This document shows, in pieces, positions 37,500 through 51,104 of a stretch of 64,000 bases of DNA. This stretch comes from Lama glama (lineage: Eukaryota), in NCBI GenBank assembly GCA_028534125.1, contig CM052817.1:96474001-96538000 (forward strand). The letters run 5' to 3'. The stretch's first letter is position 1. Each line of letters starts with the position of its first letter. Position numbers and translations under genes: made by a program. Below the pieces are notes generated by a model. That model saw only the letters and a program-made list of their open reading frames with translations. It had not been told where the DNA came from and searched no databases.

Positions 37500-37728
37500 A
37501 CAGTCACAGTGAACCCTAATGCAAACTATGACCTTTAGCTAATAATAAGGTATCAATATTGGTTTATCAGTTAATACAAATGTACCTCACTAATGCAAGA
37601 TGTAAATAATAGGAGAAATTATGTGCAAGGGAAGACAGAGAATAAGAAACTCTCTGTACCTCCTGCCTGATTTTTCTGTAAATCCAAAACTGCTCTAAAA
37701 AATAAAGTCTATTAATAAAAAAACAAAA
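37500..37728 (+). mobile_element. L1MC1-like 3' end
   Basis: 'gtgaaccctaatgcaaactatg...aactctctgtac...ttttctgtaaatccaaaactgctctaaaaaataaagtctattaa'. Confidence 0.8.
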
Positions 37729-39779
37729 CACTTCTTTCCTAATTTTTCCCAGACCAAACTATATAAATCTGACTTTTTTTTAAGTCACACTCCCCTATCC
37801 CGCTAGCTTGGTAAGTTCCACCTTAATGCTGAGTCATGAATGCTTGTTTCATCTGCTCACATACCATCGTGCATCACCAGCTAGCAGAGGTCATCTGCTC
37901 AACGTGATGGAGTGGCTCTTCAGCCCCCATTAGACCTCAGCTGGGCCATGCAGGGACCAGGATGAGGCACCTCCTACCATTCAGAGGAGAGAGTAACAAC
38001 AACATTTAAATATCCTCCCGTGGTTCTGTCACTTACCAAGAAAAATGGGCCCCAGCTTTGTGTCATCCTAGTGTGTTTATCGAGCCAACATCTCTGAAGT
38101 AACAACTGCCGAGTAAACACTAAGACCAAAATAGGCAAGGAGCTCACTAGCCTGAGAGTTTACTGTGACCCATAGATTCAAAGCAGAACTGCTTTTGGCA
38201 TCTGACAGAAGGCCCAGCCAGGCCACAGGCCCAGGACTTGGACGTGATCTTTGTGGCCCTGCATTCTCTAGAACTTGGCCATTCAGACAGAAGAACGTAG
38301 GCTGGAGCAGCACATCATGGGCAGGGAGAGGGGAGGCCTGCCATTCCAGGAGCTCTCTTTCCTTTACTGTATTGACACCATCCTCATCATCCCTGACCCC
38401 ACCTTCGACTACCAGAAATAGCCTCTTGGTCTGGAAGAACCTAGTCCTGACATTGCCCTTGGTAAAAACAAGGAAACATCCACTGTTCTCATTTTCATGA
38501 TTTCAGCCAAGGCAATTTCCTATGACCCCGCCACACCACAAAATGTGCTTGATGCATGGTCCAAGTGCCCCCAAGCTGCACAACTGCGCTGGGAGAAGTA
38601 GCGATTCCAGCTTGTCCAAAGGGTTTGCTCTTGGAAGGGCAAGATGTCCAGGAAGCAGTCGCCACCCCCTCCTGGTAGGGAAAGGGCCAGGAGCTCTGGG
38701 CGGCCAGAGGTATCTCCTGGGCTACAATGATCTACCTTAGAAATGACTCCTCAGCAGAAATGCCTGTCAGTGTGATGTTTTTGAAGGGATAGAATGTTTA
38801 TATTTTAACAGGCAAACAACCAAAGGAAGCTGTCTGTGTGGAAACTGGACCTGCCCAGCCCAAATCATTCACATGTCTCCTCCGACAGATTCTGGAATCC
38901 TGTTTCTGTCCATGTTCCCTGAACAGAGTACTGTGCAGCCACCTGACTACAGCAAAGAGCCCTGGCCTCATCATCAGTGTCTCCTGCTACTTTCTGCAGC
39001 TACTGCGCTCATCTTTATCTATCTGCCCCGACTCTCTCCTTCCCTAGCGCGTTCTAAAAACAATCCTTCTTCACTGGACCACAGACCTCTCCACTTTTCA
39101 GAGCCGGCTCCCAGCAACTGGAGCATCTATCAAGTTCTGGAAATAACTCCAAGCAGCTGAAAGAGAGGCTCAGCTAAAACACTGACTGAGAAGAAGTCAC
39201 TGGAGGTTGAGAGAGTAGTGAGGTGTAAGGAAAGTCCATTCCAGCACAGCTTGTAAACCGGAAACAGCAAGGTGATATGATTCACCGGGTTGAACACTTG
39301 ACCTCTGACCCTTTGCGACTCCTCTCTGCCCTGGCACTTTTGGATTTATTTCAATGAACAGAACCAAGGGTACCTATTCTATGTACCATGCCCCTAAGAT
39401 GAAAAAGAACAAGTTTTGTAAACTGTCAGGTCAATGAGAGATTTACATCCCTGTATCTGGAGCAGTTCCTAAGAATCATTATGCCCCCAGCATTTAGAAC
39501 AGTTCCTGAACATTATCGAATCCCCAGTATCTGGACCAGGATATACCCCACAGTAAGCATCAAATAAGTTTTCGCAGGATCAATGAAATAACCATAGTCA
39601 CTGCTTACTGTTGCTCACACGGAGCAGCTTGATGTCACACTTGAGGCCAGGAGCTGCAGGTTTTAGTTAGCACACAGACACAGGGCTCTGCTCTGCTCTA
39701 TTGCGAATTAGTCAAGATTTATGACATCAGAAAGGAGAAGCTGCATTACTGGTATGTCTTTGTCTCATCCATCATGGGA

Positions 39780-40025
39780 AACACCACGCACTGAGCCCCA
39801 TAAATCGAGTCCTCTCCCTTCCCAACCCCCACGTCCCTTTGCTTCTCTGAGGGATTCTGCGAGCGGTGGTCCCCGGGCCCCAGGACTCGGCCTCTTCTAG
39901 TCGCTCTGGGCAGGCACGCAGCCTGGTCAGCGGGAATCTCGGGGCTCCCTGGCCTGTGACTCAGAAAGAGCGATCCGGGCTCGCTGACAGCCTCCAGACC
40001 CCAGGGGATAGACGCGTCCCTGTCT
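39780..40025. promoter_or_regulatory. Small CpG-rich patch, candidate enhancer
   Basis: About 16 CpGs in ~240 bp in a CpG-depleted window; AP-1 TGACTCA 39957-39963. Confidence 0.4.
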
Positions 40026-40609
40026 CTGATGCTACCCCAGAACAGAGGGAGCAAGGCAGCTCCTCAGGCTTCTCCTCCATCCTCCATCCACCCTGGAAGG
40101 CTGCCTGTTTCTGCTGTGACTACTGTTTCCTCTTGCTTATTCACACAGGGCTGGTTGGATGGGGATGGGAGTTTGGGTGTGGATTCCACTAGGAAGAAGG
40201 CAAGCAGGGAGGAGAAGACAATGAAACCAGTTTCCAGAAGTGCAATTAGTTTCTAGGAAAAAAAATACTGATAGTGATTTTTTTATTTTTTAAATTCAGT
40301 CAGTTGAGAAGATTGGAACTAGAATAAGGTTTCAATAACAAAGAAATTCATTCTCTAAATCAATTCCTGGTGTCCCAAAATACCCAGGAGAGAGGGTAAA
40401 TGACATTTGACCATATGTTACCAAAATATGCATACATTTCTGATTTGTTTTAAAGAAATTATATACGAGTAAAATTCACTAAGAGTTTAGAGTATCTTCC
40501 AAGTATCTCAGCTGATCGAAACTAAGCTGTTCTGCCTGTCTGGGCTGTGAATGTTTTAAGGCATGGCCCATGGGCAGATTACTGGTCCTCATGCTGATCT
40601 TATAACTTT

Positions 40610-40746
40610 GCGTTGTGTTGTTAAGAGACCAGCTTTATAGTCAGGTGACCTGCGTTCAAAGTCTCACTCCGCCATTTACTATGTCATCTTGGGCAACTTT
40701 ACTGTAGTTTTTTTCATCTATAAAATTGTGGGTAACAATAATAATA
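40610..40746 (+). mobile_element. MIR SINE
   Basis: 'gttaagagacc...gcgttcaaagtctcactccgccatttac...cttgggcaac...catctataaaattg'. Confidence 0.8.
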
Positions 40747-40747
40747 C

Positions 40748-41044
40748 AGTGGTTCCCCCCTTATCCAGGGGGGTGCTTGGAGGCCCCCAGAGGATGCCTG
40801 AAACCATGGACAGTATAGAACCCTCTATATACTATGTTCTTTCTGTTGCTAATGGTGGGTAGCACATACAGCTTGGATACAATGGACAGAGGGATGATTC
40901 CCACCCCAGGCGGGACAAAGAACAGCACAAGATGTCACCATGCTGCTCAGAACAGCATGCAACTTGAAACTTATGAGTTGTTTATTTCTGGAATTTTCCA
41001 TGTAATATTTTCAGATCTAGGTTGACCACAGGTAATTGAAACCA
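40748..41044 (+). mobile_element. MER82-like TcMar-Tigger DNA transposon, internally deleted
   Basis: TA followed by 'cagtggttccccccttatcc...ggatgcctgaaacc...aacttatgagttgtttatttctggaattttcca'. Confidence 0.8.
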
Positions 41045-42392
41045 TTTCAAATCAACTCTAATGTCAAAATACTTTTAAAATAAGGATATTATTATCCTCT
41101 ATATATTTTGGTATTTTCTGAACATTCTTGCAATGAGCATACAAAAATAAAAATGGTTTATAACTAAAATAGATCATTAGAATAAACACATTCAAATAAC
41201 AGAAATCATCAGTAGGCTTTCAGAAAATAAATTCAGCCTTTAAAACGTAGTATTAGAGGGACTGAGAGATACACTCAAATTTAGAGCCTGTTTTAGCAGA
41301 GAAGCATTCATCTTGTTTGTTTTAAGTCAAGGTCAACAGTACAAATGTTGGAGAGGGCTGATGAACAAATTTGCTACGACATGTCTTTACTAAGAGTCCC
41401 CTTCCTGACTACAGACAATAACATAGACACTGCCACTACTTAGGGCGGGGACCAAAGGAGAATGTGTTATCCATCTAGAAATTAGGGAAGAACCTATCAC
41501 TGTCAATGTCAACTGCCTCAAATTCTATAATTTTGTGAGAATTAAATAAGTAGCTAAGGTTAAATAAATTCTTCATTTTCCAACTAGTTTTTGTGCTTCA
41601 ATACAGACAAATGCACAATACCAAAATATTAAATATTAATTGTGCCCTGTCAATTCAATCACCTTAAAAAGATTTTTATAAAAGCAAAATTATTAAAATT
41701 TAAAACAAACACTTATTCTCATGCAGAAGCAAAGAGACACTATTCTTGCATTATTTTTAACAACAATTAAAATCATAAAATTATGCTATGTGTATTCTCA
41801 CAAACTCTTTGTGACTTCTTAGATCTAATTTTTATTTTCTTCATTCATACTATTCTTTTAATTACACGATAAATCCAGATATCAGAAAATCATTTTTGAG
41901 ACTTTTAGTTTACTTTTTAAAAAAAATGAAATCCTGGAAGGTAAAAAGTTTGACAATATTTGATTAGGAGATAAGATAGATCTTCATTTAAAAATGTTTT
42001 GAAGATTAAGAAAAATAGAATTTTAATCCTCTGATGTTTCCTTTTTCAAATACTTAGTGATTCATTTCCCCCCCCCCTGAAATTTCTACATATATATCAT
42101 CAGGTCATGGTTGTGGTGATGGTGGTTGGTGGTTTTAAGAAAATATTTTTTGGAGACTATAATTCTCGCAACACGTTTAAAGTCCTATATTCTAAGGAAC
42201 AGAGTTTTAGGGTAATTCTTTTGTAAGGAAGAGAGCAGGGTGTCTTAATTGACATAAAGAACCATCACAATGAATACAACAGAGCTTTAAAAGCCAATCA
42301 GTCCCATACCAGCACAGCTAGTGCTGGAGGACACCTTTGTCTGTGATCCCATTTCGGACTTGGTACATCTAACCTACAGCTGCAGCTCACAG

Positions 42393-42406
42393 CCACTAGA
42401 GGTCAG
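42393..42406 (+). promoter_or_regulatory. Candidate CTCF site
   Basis: CCACTAGAGGTCAG vs consensus CCACYAGRKGGCRS (one mismatch). Confidence 0.45.
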
Positions 42407-44565
42407 ACTTTTACATCCATCCCTAACAGATGTTGAACTGGAGTCTGAGACCATGGTGTCTCTTTTCCCAGCACCCCATTAACCTCTTCACATTGGCTTT
42501 ATCACCACCAAATATGAGAAGGTTTTATATACAAATATAAGAAATAAATATTTTACTTCCCCAGGTAGAAATAGTTTCATGAGAAAAAGAGAAGCAAAAG
42601 GTGAAAATTAAGAAGGCATTCTTTTAGGGAGAGTGCTCTGGACTGAGGACGAAGGGTGAAAACCAAATAGCCCACAAATCATTTTGAAAAAGACAAGGAG
42701 AAAGCAAAAACATCTACGTGAGCAGTCTGATGATCAAAATTGTATTAAGATACCTGTTTTCATTCATTAAAGTAAAGCCCGTCTTCACCAAAATAATAAT
42801 ACAAATAATAGCATGTTATAGTAGTAATAATAGTAGTGATAAGGTGGTGATGACGGTGGAGGCTGCAAGAGTACCCAACATGCATTGAATGCGTTGTTCT
42901 AAACACTTGTTATTATAACCTCATCTTAGGGGTGAGAGAACCCGACAGAGATGATTTTTCTAATAGTTATCAGGAGCCTGGAAAACTATTTCTATCTTTG
43001 GCAACTACAGTCTCACATTTGAAAGTCTGGACAAAGAAAAGAATTCAAATGGCGGGGGGAGAGTCAATAGCTTTGCACTGTTGACATGAAGATATCATAT
43101 TAATCGCAGGGTTATTTATAACAGCAGAATGTAGAAACAACCTAACTATCTAATAATAGTAGAACAACCAAATAAAATAGTAAATACGATTTAGTCATTA
43201 CAATTATATTTATGAAGATTAGAAACAACTTTTTTCTTTTCGAATAAAGCAACTGAGGAAATTGTATCTGTATCATGAACGAAACTATGTAAAATACATG
43301 CATATACGGAAAAAGATAAAGAAATCTGATAGAAAAATAATGTATTTGATAAAGCATAGTTTTATAGGGGTTATATACAGACTTTAAAAGTAAAACCTGG
43401 AAAAAAATTTTAAGATATTGCCAAAGGATACAATGTGAACATTTTTCCTCGTGGGACTTTAGAACATAAGCAAACTGAATTTATTTGACATAGTTGGCAC
43501 TCAGCCAAGATTCATCCACCAGCCTTTCTACTTCCCATGTCCAGGTTGCCAACTACATCCTTCAAAGCACCCACAAGATTCAGCCATAATAGTTACTGTT
43601 TTTGTTAGTAGTAATATTAATAAACTAAACATGTATGGAGATATATAATTTTTTAAATGTTTAACCAAGCTTTTTTCAAGGCCAATTCCTGTGAACAAAC
43701 CTTGTCATTTAGAATTGCACAGTGCCCCCAGCCGAATGACATCCCAGAAGAGAGCAGTGTAAGAAATTCAGATGGGCATGAATGCGCTTTGGACCAAAGA
43801 GCAGCAACTGGTACAGCAAACAGGGCGCGGACTTGCTTAGCCTTTCAACCAACCCCACTGCATCCTTAAGTCACAAAGATACAGCACACTGGGCATATTA
43901 ACCCTCTCTTAGGAGCATTCTTACAAAGGACAGCAGGCCTTCACAAGATACAACAGATCTCCCCTTTTGCTCTGAATTCCTCTTCCTGTCTCATTCCATC
44001 TTCCTAAGAACTGCTGTTTGTGGTTTTTAAAGCTATCACTGCAATCACCCCGGACCAACTCAATGAGTGCAGTGCCTGAAAAACTTGATTTTCTAAAAAG
44101 CTTTTAAAAGTCAAAGCAATACCTTTTTTAGACAGCAAAGTCAAAGAGGTAGAAAACTGTACTCAACCTTTAAAGTTAGCCCATGCTTAGATAGGTCCTT
44201 TCCTGGACATGAGCATTTCTTGTAAGAAATCACCTACCAGTTAGGAAATAAGAAGCCTGTTTAATCCACACAACCTCCAGCTGTTGGACAATACCCACAG
44301 CTGTTCTTCTTCGTATCTTCCCACACACTGTCCACATTGAACCCACAAGTTAAAGTCTAAAATGCCTCTTTCTTTTACACATTATGGCAGAGTACAAATC
44401 CAGAAATATAGCGACAGCCCAACAATCAGAGAGAGGCAGAAAATTCAGCAATAAACATTCCCACGTGGTCACTAAAGTAAGCAGCTGGTTTTGTTCAGAG
44501 ATGTGAGGAAGCAGATAACTCGAGCAAAACAGTGATAAAGACTCTGAGCTTAGAAAGTAGTACAT

Positions 44566-46026
44566 GCCAGTATCTCTGATGAATGCAGATGCAAAAAATC
44601 CTTAACAAAATACTAGCAAACTGAATTTAACAGTACATTAAAGGAATCACACACCTTGATCAAGTGGGATTTACCCCTGGGATGCAACAATGGTTCAACA
44701 CAGCAAATCAATTAATGGGACGCATCACATTAATAGTGTGAAAGATAAAAATCATATGATCATCTCAGTAGATACAGAAAAGCACTTCACAAAATTCAAC
44801 AGCCTTTTATGATAAAAATCTCTCAACAAATTGGCTATAGAAGGTATAGAAGGTATGTTCCTTCTATACCTCAACATAATAAAAGCCATATATGACAAAC
44901 CCACAGCTAACATCATACTCATGGTAAAAGGTTAAAAGCTTTTCCTCTAGATCAGGAACAAGACAAGGGTGTCCATTCTTGCTATTTTTATTCAACATAG
45001 TACTGGAAGTCCTGGCCAGAGCAATTTAGGCAAGAAAAAGAAATAAAAGGCATCAAATCAGAAAAGAAGTAAAACTATCTCTGTTTGCAGATAATGTGAT
45101 CTTAAATATGCAAAATTCAAAAACTCCACCAGAAAAAATCTATTAGAACTGATAAATGAATTCAATAAAGTTGTAGAATACAAAGTCATTATATAAAATC
45201 AGCTGTGTTTCTATACACTAACAATGAACAATCTGAAAAATAAAATAATCACATTTATAATAGCATCAAAAAGAACAAAATGCATAGGAATATATTTAAC
45301 CATGGAGGTAAAGATCTGTACACTGAAATAAAAGGAAAGATATCCAGTACTCATGGATACCAGTATTATTAAAATCCATACTACCTAAAGCATTCTATAA
45401 ATTCAGTGCAATCTCTGTCAAAATTCCAACAGCATTTTTGACAGAAATTGAAAAATCAATCCCAAAATTTGAATGAAAACCCCAAAACCCCCAATAGCCA
45501 AAGCAATTCTGAGAAAGAAGAACAAAGCTGGAGGCTTCATATTTCCTGATTTCAATCTATATTGTAAGCTGTAATAATAAAAACAGTATGGTACTGGCAT
45601 AAAATACAGACACATAGGCCAATGGAACAAAATCAAGGGCCCAGAATTAAATGCACGCATATATCAGCAATGAATACTGGACAAGGGAGCTAAGTATACT
45701 CAACTGGGAAAGGATAACCACTTCAATAAATGGTGTTGAAAAAACTGGACAACCACATGCAAAAGAATGAAACTGGACCCTATCTCAACACTAATTCACA
45801 AAAATTGACTCAAAATGGTTACAGATAAACATAAGACCTGAAACTGTAAAACTCCTAAAGGAAAACACAGGGAAAAACTCCTTGACATTGGTCTTGGCAA
45901 TGATTCTATGGATAGGACACCAAAAGCATGAGTGACAAAAGCAACTATAAATAAATGGGACTACATCAAACCAAAAAGCTTTACATAGAAGAAACTATCA
46001 ACAAAATGAAAAGTCAACCTATGGAA
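44566..46026 (+). mobile_element. L1 ORF2 internal fragment (RT domain and downstream), frameshifted, no 3' end
   Basis: 'ccagtatctctgatgaatgcagatgcaaaa...gatcaagtgggattt...ggaacaagacaagggtgtcc...ctgtttgcagataat' (RT FADD region). Confidence 0.95.
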
Positions 46027-46419
46027 TTTGAATACTGAGTACACCTTTAGGTGTCACTGAAGATGATACTGACATGATAGGAATTATGGGGTCAAATCAA
46101 CATTTCATGAACATCTGCCTTGGGACCCTTCATGCTGAGATAAGAACAAAGGAAAAGAGACACAAAATTACTCAAGTTCTAATTCCATAGCACACCCTCT
46201 GCCTTCCAGGACCATCAATTCTCATAGTTCTTACATGTGTGAACCAATGATTTGCATGTTGCTCCTTGAAAACACACCAAAACGTTTCTAATCGTATTCT
46301 TGAAGCTTTCTCTAACATACTGCTGTGTGTAATTTCTCTAACATGCTGTGTAGTGTTAATTTTAGGGCCTAAATTTTCAAATATTTTGCCGGAGGTGTCA
46401 TAACTTCATTCAAAAAGTG

Positions 46420-46655
46420 ACAGGGAGTAGTGTTTAAGAGCTTTGAAATCAGGCAGACCAGAGTTCAAGTTCATGGGCTCACCATGTACACTATGAATCC
46501 TTGGACAATTCACTTACCTATTTTAAGCACCTTAATTGAATAAGGGCAGTAATAGTGCACTTCACACAGAGTCAGTGCAAAACAAAGACTGAATGGAAGA
46601 CAACATACAAAGACCCTAACAACACAGTAAGTATTTGAAAATATTGGTTATTGTC
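46420..46655 (+). mobile_element. MIR SINE
   Basis: 'gtgtttaagagctttgaaatcaggcagacc...ccttggacaattcactta...aacacagtaagtatttg'. Confidence 0.75.
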
Positions 46656-46701
46656 ACTGTAGTGTGTAACATCCTAAAGAATCTAGAGAAAGTAAATATT
46701 T

Positions 46702-48331
46702 ATTTAAAAATTTTAAACTCATTTGCTTTTTTTTAATTGCAATATAGTTGATGTACAATATTATGTCAGTTTTAGGTATACTACATAGTGATTTTATATT
46801 TAAATACATTACAAAATTATCACAGTAAGTCTAGTCACCATGTGTCCCCATAAAATATTATTATAGTATTATTGACTATATTTTATGCTGTATATTACAT
46901 CTACATGACTTATTTATTTTATAACTGGAAGTTTGAACCTCTTAATCCCCTTTACCTACATCTTCCATCCCCTTGCCCTCTTCTGCTCTAGCAACAACCA
47001 GTTTGCTCTCTGTATCTGTTAATCTGCTTCTGTTTTGTTTTGTTTTCTTAGATTTCACATGTGAGATCACGCAGTATTTGTCTTTCTCTGTCTGACTTAT
47101 TTCACTTAGCATAATACCTCTAAGTCCATCCATGTTATTGCAAATGGCAATATTTCATTCTTTTTAAGGCTGAGTAATATTTCATTTTGTGTGTGTGTGT
47201 ATATATATATATACATACATATAAAGTCTTATTTATCTATTCATCCGTTGATGGACACTGAGTTGCTTCCATATCTTGGCTATTAAAAATAATGCTACTA
47301 TGAACACTGAAGTGCATGTATCATTTAAAATTAGTGTTTTTATTTTTTTTCAGATATATACCCAGGAATGGTATTGCTGGATAATATGGTAGTTCTGTTT
47401 TTAGTTTTTTGAGGAACCTCCATACTGTTTTCTACAAGGATTGTACCAATTTACATTCCTACCAAAAGTGCACAAGAATTCTCTTTTCTCCATATCCTTG
47501 CCAATATATTCTGTCTTGTCTTTTTGATAATAACCATTCTAACAGATATGAGGCAATATCTCATTGTAGTTTTGATTTGCATTACCCTGATTAGTGATAT
47601 TGAGCATCTTTTCCACTGTCAGCCATCTGTATGTCTTCTTTGGGAAATTGTCTATTCAGGTCCTTTGCCCATTTTTTGATCAGATTGTCTGGTTTTTTTA
47701 ATATTGAGGTTTTTTAAAATAAATTTAATATTGACTATTAATATTAATATGGGTTCTTCATACATTCTGTATATTAACCCCTTATCAGATATACTGTTTA
47801 CAAATATCTTCTCCCATTCAGTAGTGTACCTTTTCATTCTATTGATTTCTTTCACTGCGCAAATGCATTTTAGTTTGATGTAATCCCATTTGTTTATTTT
47901 TGCTTCTGTTTCCCTTGCCTAAGGAGTCAAATCCAAAAAATATTGCTAAAATCAATGTCAAAGAATAGACTGCCTATGCTTTCTTCTAGAAATTTTATGG
48001 TTTCAGGTTTTATGTTTAATTCTTCAACCCATTTCGAGTTCATTTTTGTATACAGTGTAAGATAATGGCTCAGTTTCATTCTTTTGAATGTAGCTGTCCA
48101 GTTTCCCCAGCACCATTTATTGAACAGGATGTCTTTTCTCCATTGTGTATTCTTGCCTCCTTTGTCATAGATTGACCATGCAAGTGTGGGCTTATTTCTG
48201 GGCTCTCTATTCCATTCCATTGATCCCTGTGTCTATTTTAGGCCAATACCATACTGTTTTGATTATTGTGGCTTTGTAGTCTAGTTTGAACTCAGGGAGC
48301 AAGCTACCATCTACTTGTTCTTCTTTTGGAC
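46702..48331 (-). mobile_element. L1 3' 1.6 kb (L1MA-type)
   Basis: Minus ORFs 47927-48220 ('YDKGGKNTQWRKDILFNKWCWGNW'), 47652-47855 and 46942-47133 are L1 ORF2; possible TSD aaagtaaat at 46689 and 48332. Confidence 0.95.
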
Positions 48332-50024
48332 AAAGTAAATGTCTTTAAATGCTATTTTCCAAAGTCAAATATTTCTCCAAAAGACTAAGAATCTGTCCAT
48401 ACAAAGTCACAAAAAATACTTATATCTAGATAAAGAATAAACTTTAAAGTTTTAGCTCCACAGACAATTTCTGTTAGATAATAGAGAAATGTGAGACACT
48501 AGCACAGGCCTTCCACAAGTGCCATGACTTAACATTTTGAAAAGAATTTTAAAGTATTTTCCATTTCAACCCTCCTCAAACCCTTCAAATTCAAAACCAC
48601 AACTGCTCTTACCCAACTCTGAATGAACAAAGTTTGCCACTTGTAAGTAAACAAAACATTACAGATATGTTTACATTCTGGTCATGGTTATTTCATGGAG
48701 CAAAAAATCCTTCCCAAACCTACCCCAGCTTCCCTTTCTTACAGCTTTAAATCTCCTTATCTATGGTTCCTCCTACAGCCCCCACGTTTCTTTGGGGAAC
48801 CAAAGTTCCCACAACACTCCTCCATCCCAGTGTGAAACTTCATAAATAAATTGGGATTGCAGTAGCCAACTGATTTACATCCCTTGGGTATGAAAGTACT
48901 AACTTAAAAGTACTAAATCTTAGCTATTTCATGTCACCATAATCTTCTCTTCTGTCTTCTCTGGCTCTTGCTTTTACATAAATGTATGGTGTACTTTTAA
49001 GTAAACAACATGGTCAGATGTAAGTATTTTTTTAAATTCAAGTTGTTCATACAGCATTTACGACAGTTACTTCATTTGGGGGAAAAAAGATGGAATCATT
49101 TAGTCCCTTTGACTTTTTCTGAACTTTCTTCTTTTTTCTTTTCCTCTTTATATGTCTCTTTAATAAGTGACATCCCTCCAAATCACATTCAGAAGGTCAA
49201 CTACAAGGTCAACTACACTCCCTACCAAAAATGTTCATGAAAATTTGAGAGGAAATTGCTGTTTTCTGCATTTAAAAGTGTGTTTCCATGCTCTCTATGC
49301 TGAAAATATCATTCAAAGTTTTTGACAAAAAGGTTTTGTCTCTTTGCAGCCCTTTCAGTGCTTTTAACGTTATGGTATGTGGCACCAGAAATATAGAAGT
49401 TTCCATGACAAGGATCTCCCACACACCATATTAAGACTGTGGTCCTCAGATTTGCAGGCTTAGAAATCTGAGAATTAACCCTGTCCTAGTGTACGCTCAG
49501 TACATAGAGACTGATAACCAAAATTCCAATTTTTTCACCAACAGTGAACAAAATACTTCCCGATCAAGGGGAAATGCTTGAATCATCAATCAGTACTTTC
49601 TCTCTCTTTAGGGAAGACACCTAGAATGTCAGATTACAATCAGGAAGTTGCTCAGTAGGTGAGATAAAGAAATAAATTAGAACATAAAGACTTAAACACA
49701 AAGAAATGAATAGAGACTAGTCGACAGCCAATATACACCAGCCACAGAGACCTGAGTGCCCATGTCCCAAAGCTGGAGAAGCTCCTCCCAAACCCACCTA
49801 TAACTGCTAACCTCTGACTTTTCAGGATAAACTTCTATGTTCTAAGCGAATATCTTCTTCCTGCTCACCAAGTCCATTTCAGAATAATACCAAAGACTAG
49901 AGTTTTGCATATAAGATAACCACTGTGTCCTAGACTCCCTGTGATTACTCTCAGAACATCTCCATTAAAGTTCAGGAAAATATGGCTGAAACCAGTGAAA
50001 ATAATTATGTGCCTAGTTAAAGAT

Positions 50025-50290
50025 CTGTTCATTCATTTTTTAAAAAATATTTATCAACAAGCATTTAATGAACCCTTACTTGTTACTTGGCACCATACAA
50101 TGAGCTAGATGTTGTGAGAATTAGCAAAGAAACAGGAGATACAATGGCTACTCAAAAATGAAGATCAATAAATTCTTAACTATATAGTAACAGAGTTCAC
50201 GGAAGGGAGAGAACATTGAGGGCCATTCTTGGCTGGAAAACTTTCCGGTAAGGGGTGGGATTTGAGCGAGACCTGGAATGATACACAGGA
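50025..50290 (-). mobile_element. L2 3' fragment
   Basis: 'gttcattcatt...tcaacaagcatttaatgaacccttac'. Confidence 0.6.
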
Positions 50291-51104
50291 TTTCAAGAGA
50301 GAGAAATAAGCTGCATGAGAAAATCTACATAGAAGAACATGAACACTCTCAAAATAACTTAAGTCAAATACAGCCAAGAAATGATCTGATCATGTTTGGA
50401 GAGGGAAAATCCTACACTTGCAACAAAAGATTTAACCACTTTCATCCACTGTCTAGAGGCAATCTTTCATTACCTATAGCATTTTATTTATGAGCCAATT
50501 TATAACTTAAGACAAATACATGTTTTTAACTTCTGCACAATTAATGAAAAGGAATTAATTCTCCTGAGAACATTAGAAAACACAGTCCATCTCACTCAAT
50601 GACTAGATTAACAGTGGCATGGGGTGCAGTGGTATAATTTTGGGGCATTTTTAAATTTTTTTGCAATCAGGGAATCTATTACTGCAAATCTAGATCAAGT
50701 TGGTTTCTCTGAAAACTAGGACTTATTTACCATCTATGTTCTACTGGCTGGAAAGCCTTTGATTATTTGATGAGAGCAGATGCTTTCCTGTGCACTGCAA
50801 ATTTAACTCTCCAAAACCAAAAAAACAAAAAACCATTGAGTCTTCGTAAAATACTGGCCTTACATTTTGTAAGTGCTGAAACCCCCTGAAATCTAAGAGA
50901 ACACAAATATTTCAGCAGAAAAACAGTAATGATTATCTTCCTGTGGTCACAAGGGAAACTCAGGCCGCCCATGAGGCCAAGGACACACAGAATGTGGTAC
51001 GATCTCACTGTCTGAGATGTACGTCTGAACAAGCTTTCCTGATCTCAGAATGAGTCACCAGAGTCTAGAAGCAAAACCATCATGTTTTACTATTTAAAAC
51101 ACTT

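Noticed and set aside
44566..46026. Functional reverse transcriptase gene
   Set aside because: L1 ORF2 fragment with many frameshifts/stops and a degenerate FADD motif (FADN).
25541..49217. Short direct duplications (about 25541, 34822, 46310, 48892, 49193)
   Set aside because: Ordinary 10-25 bp slippage duplications without further structure.
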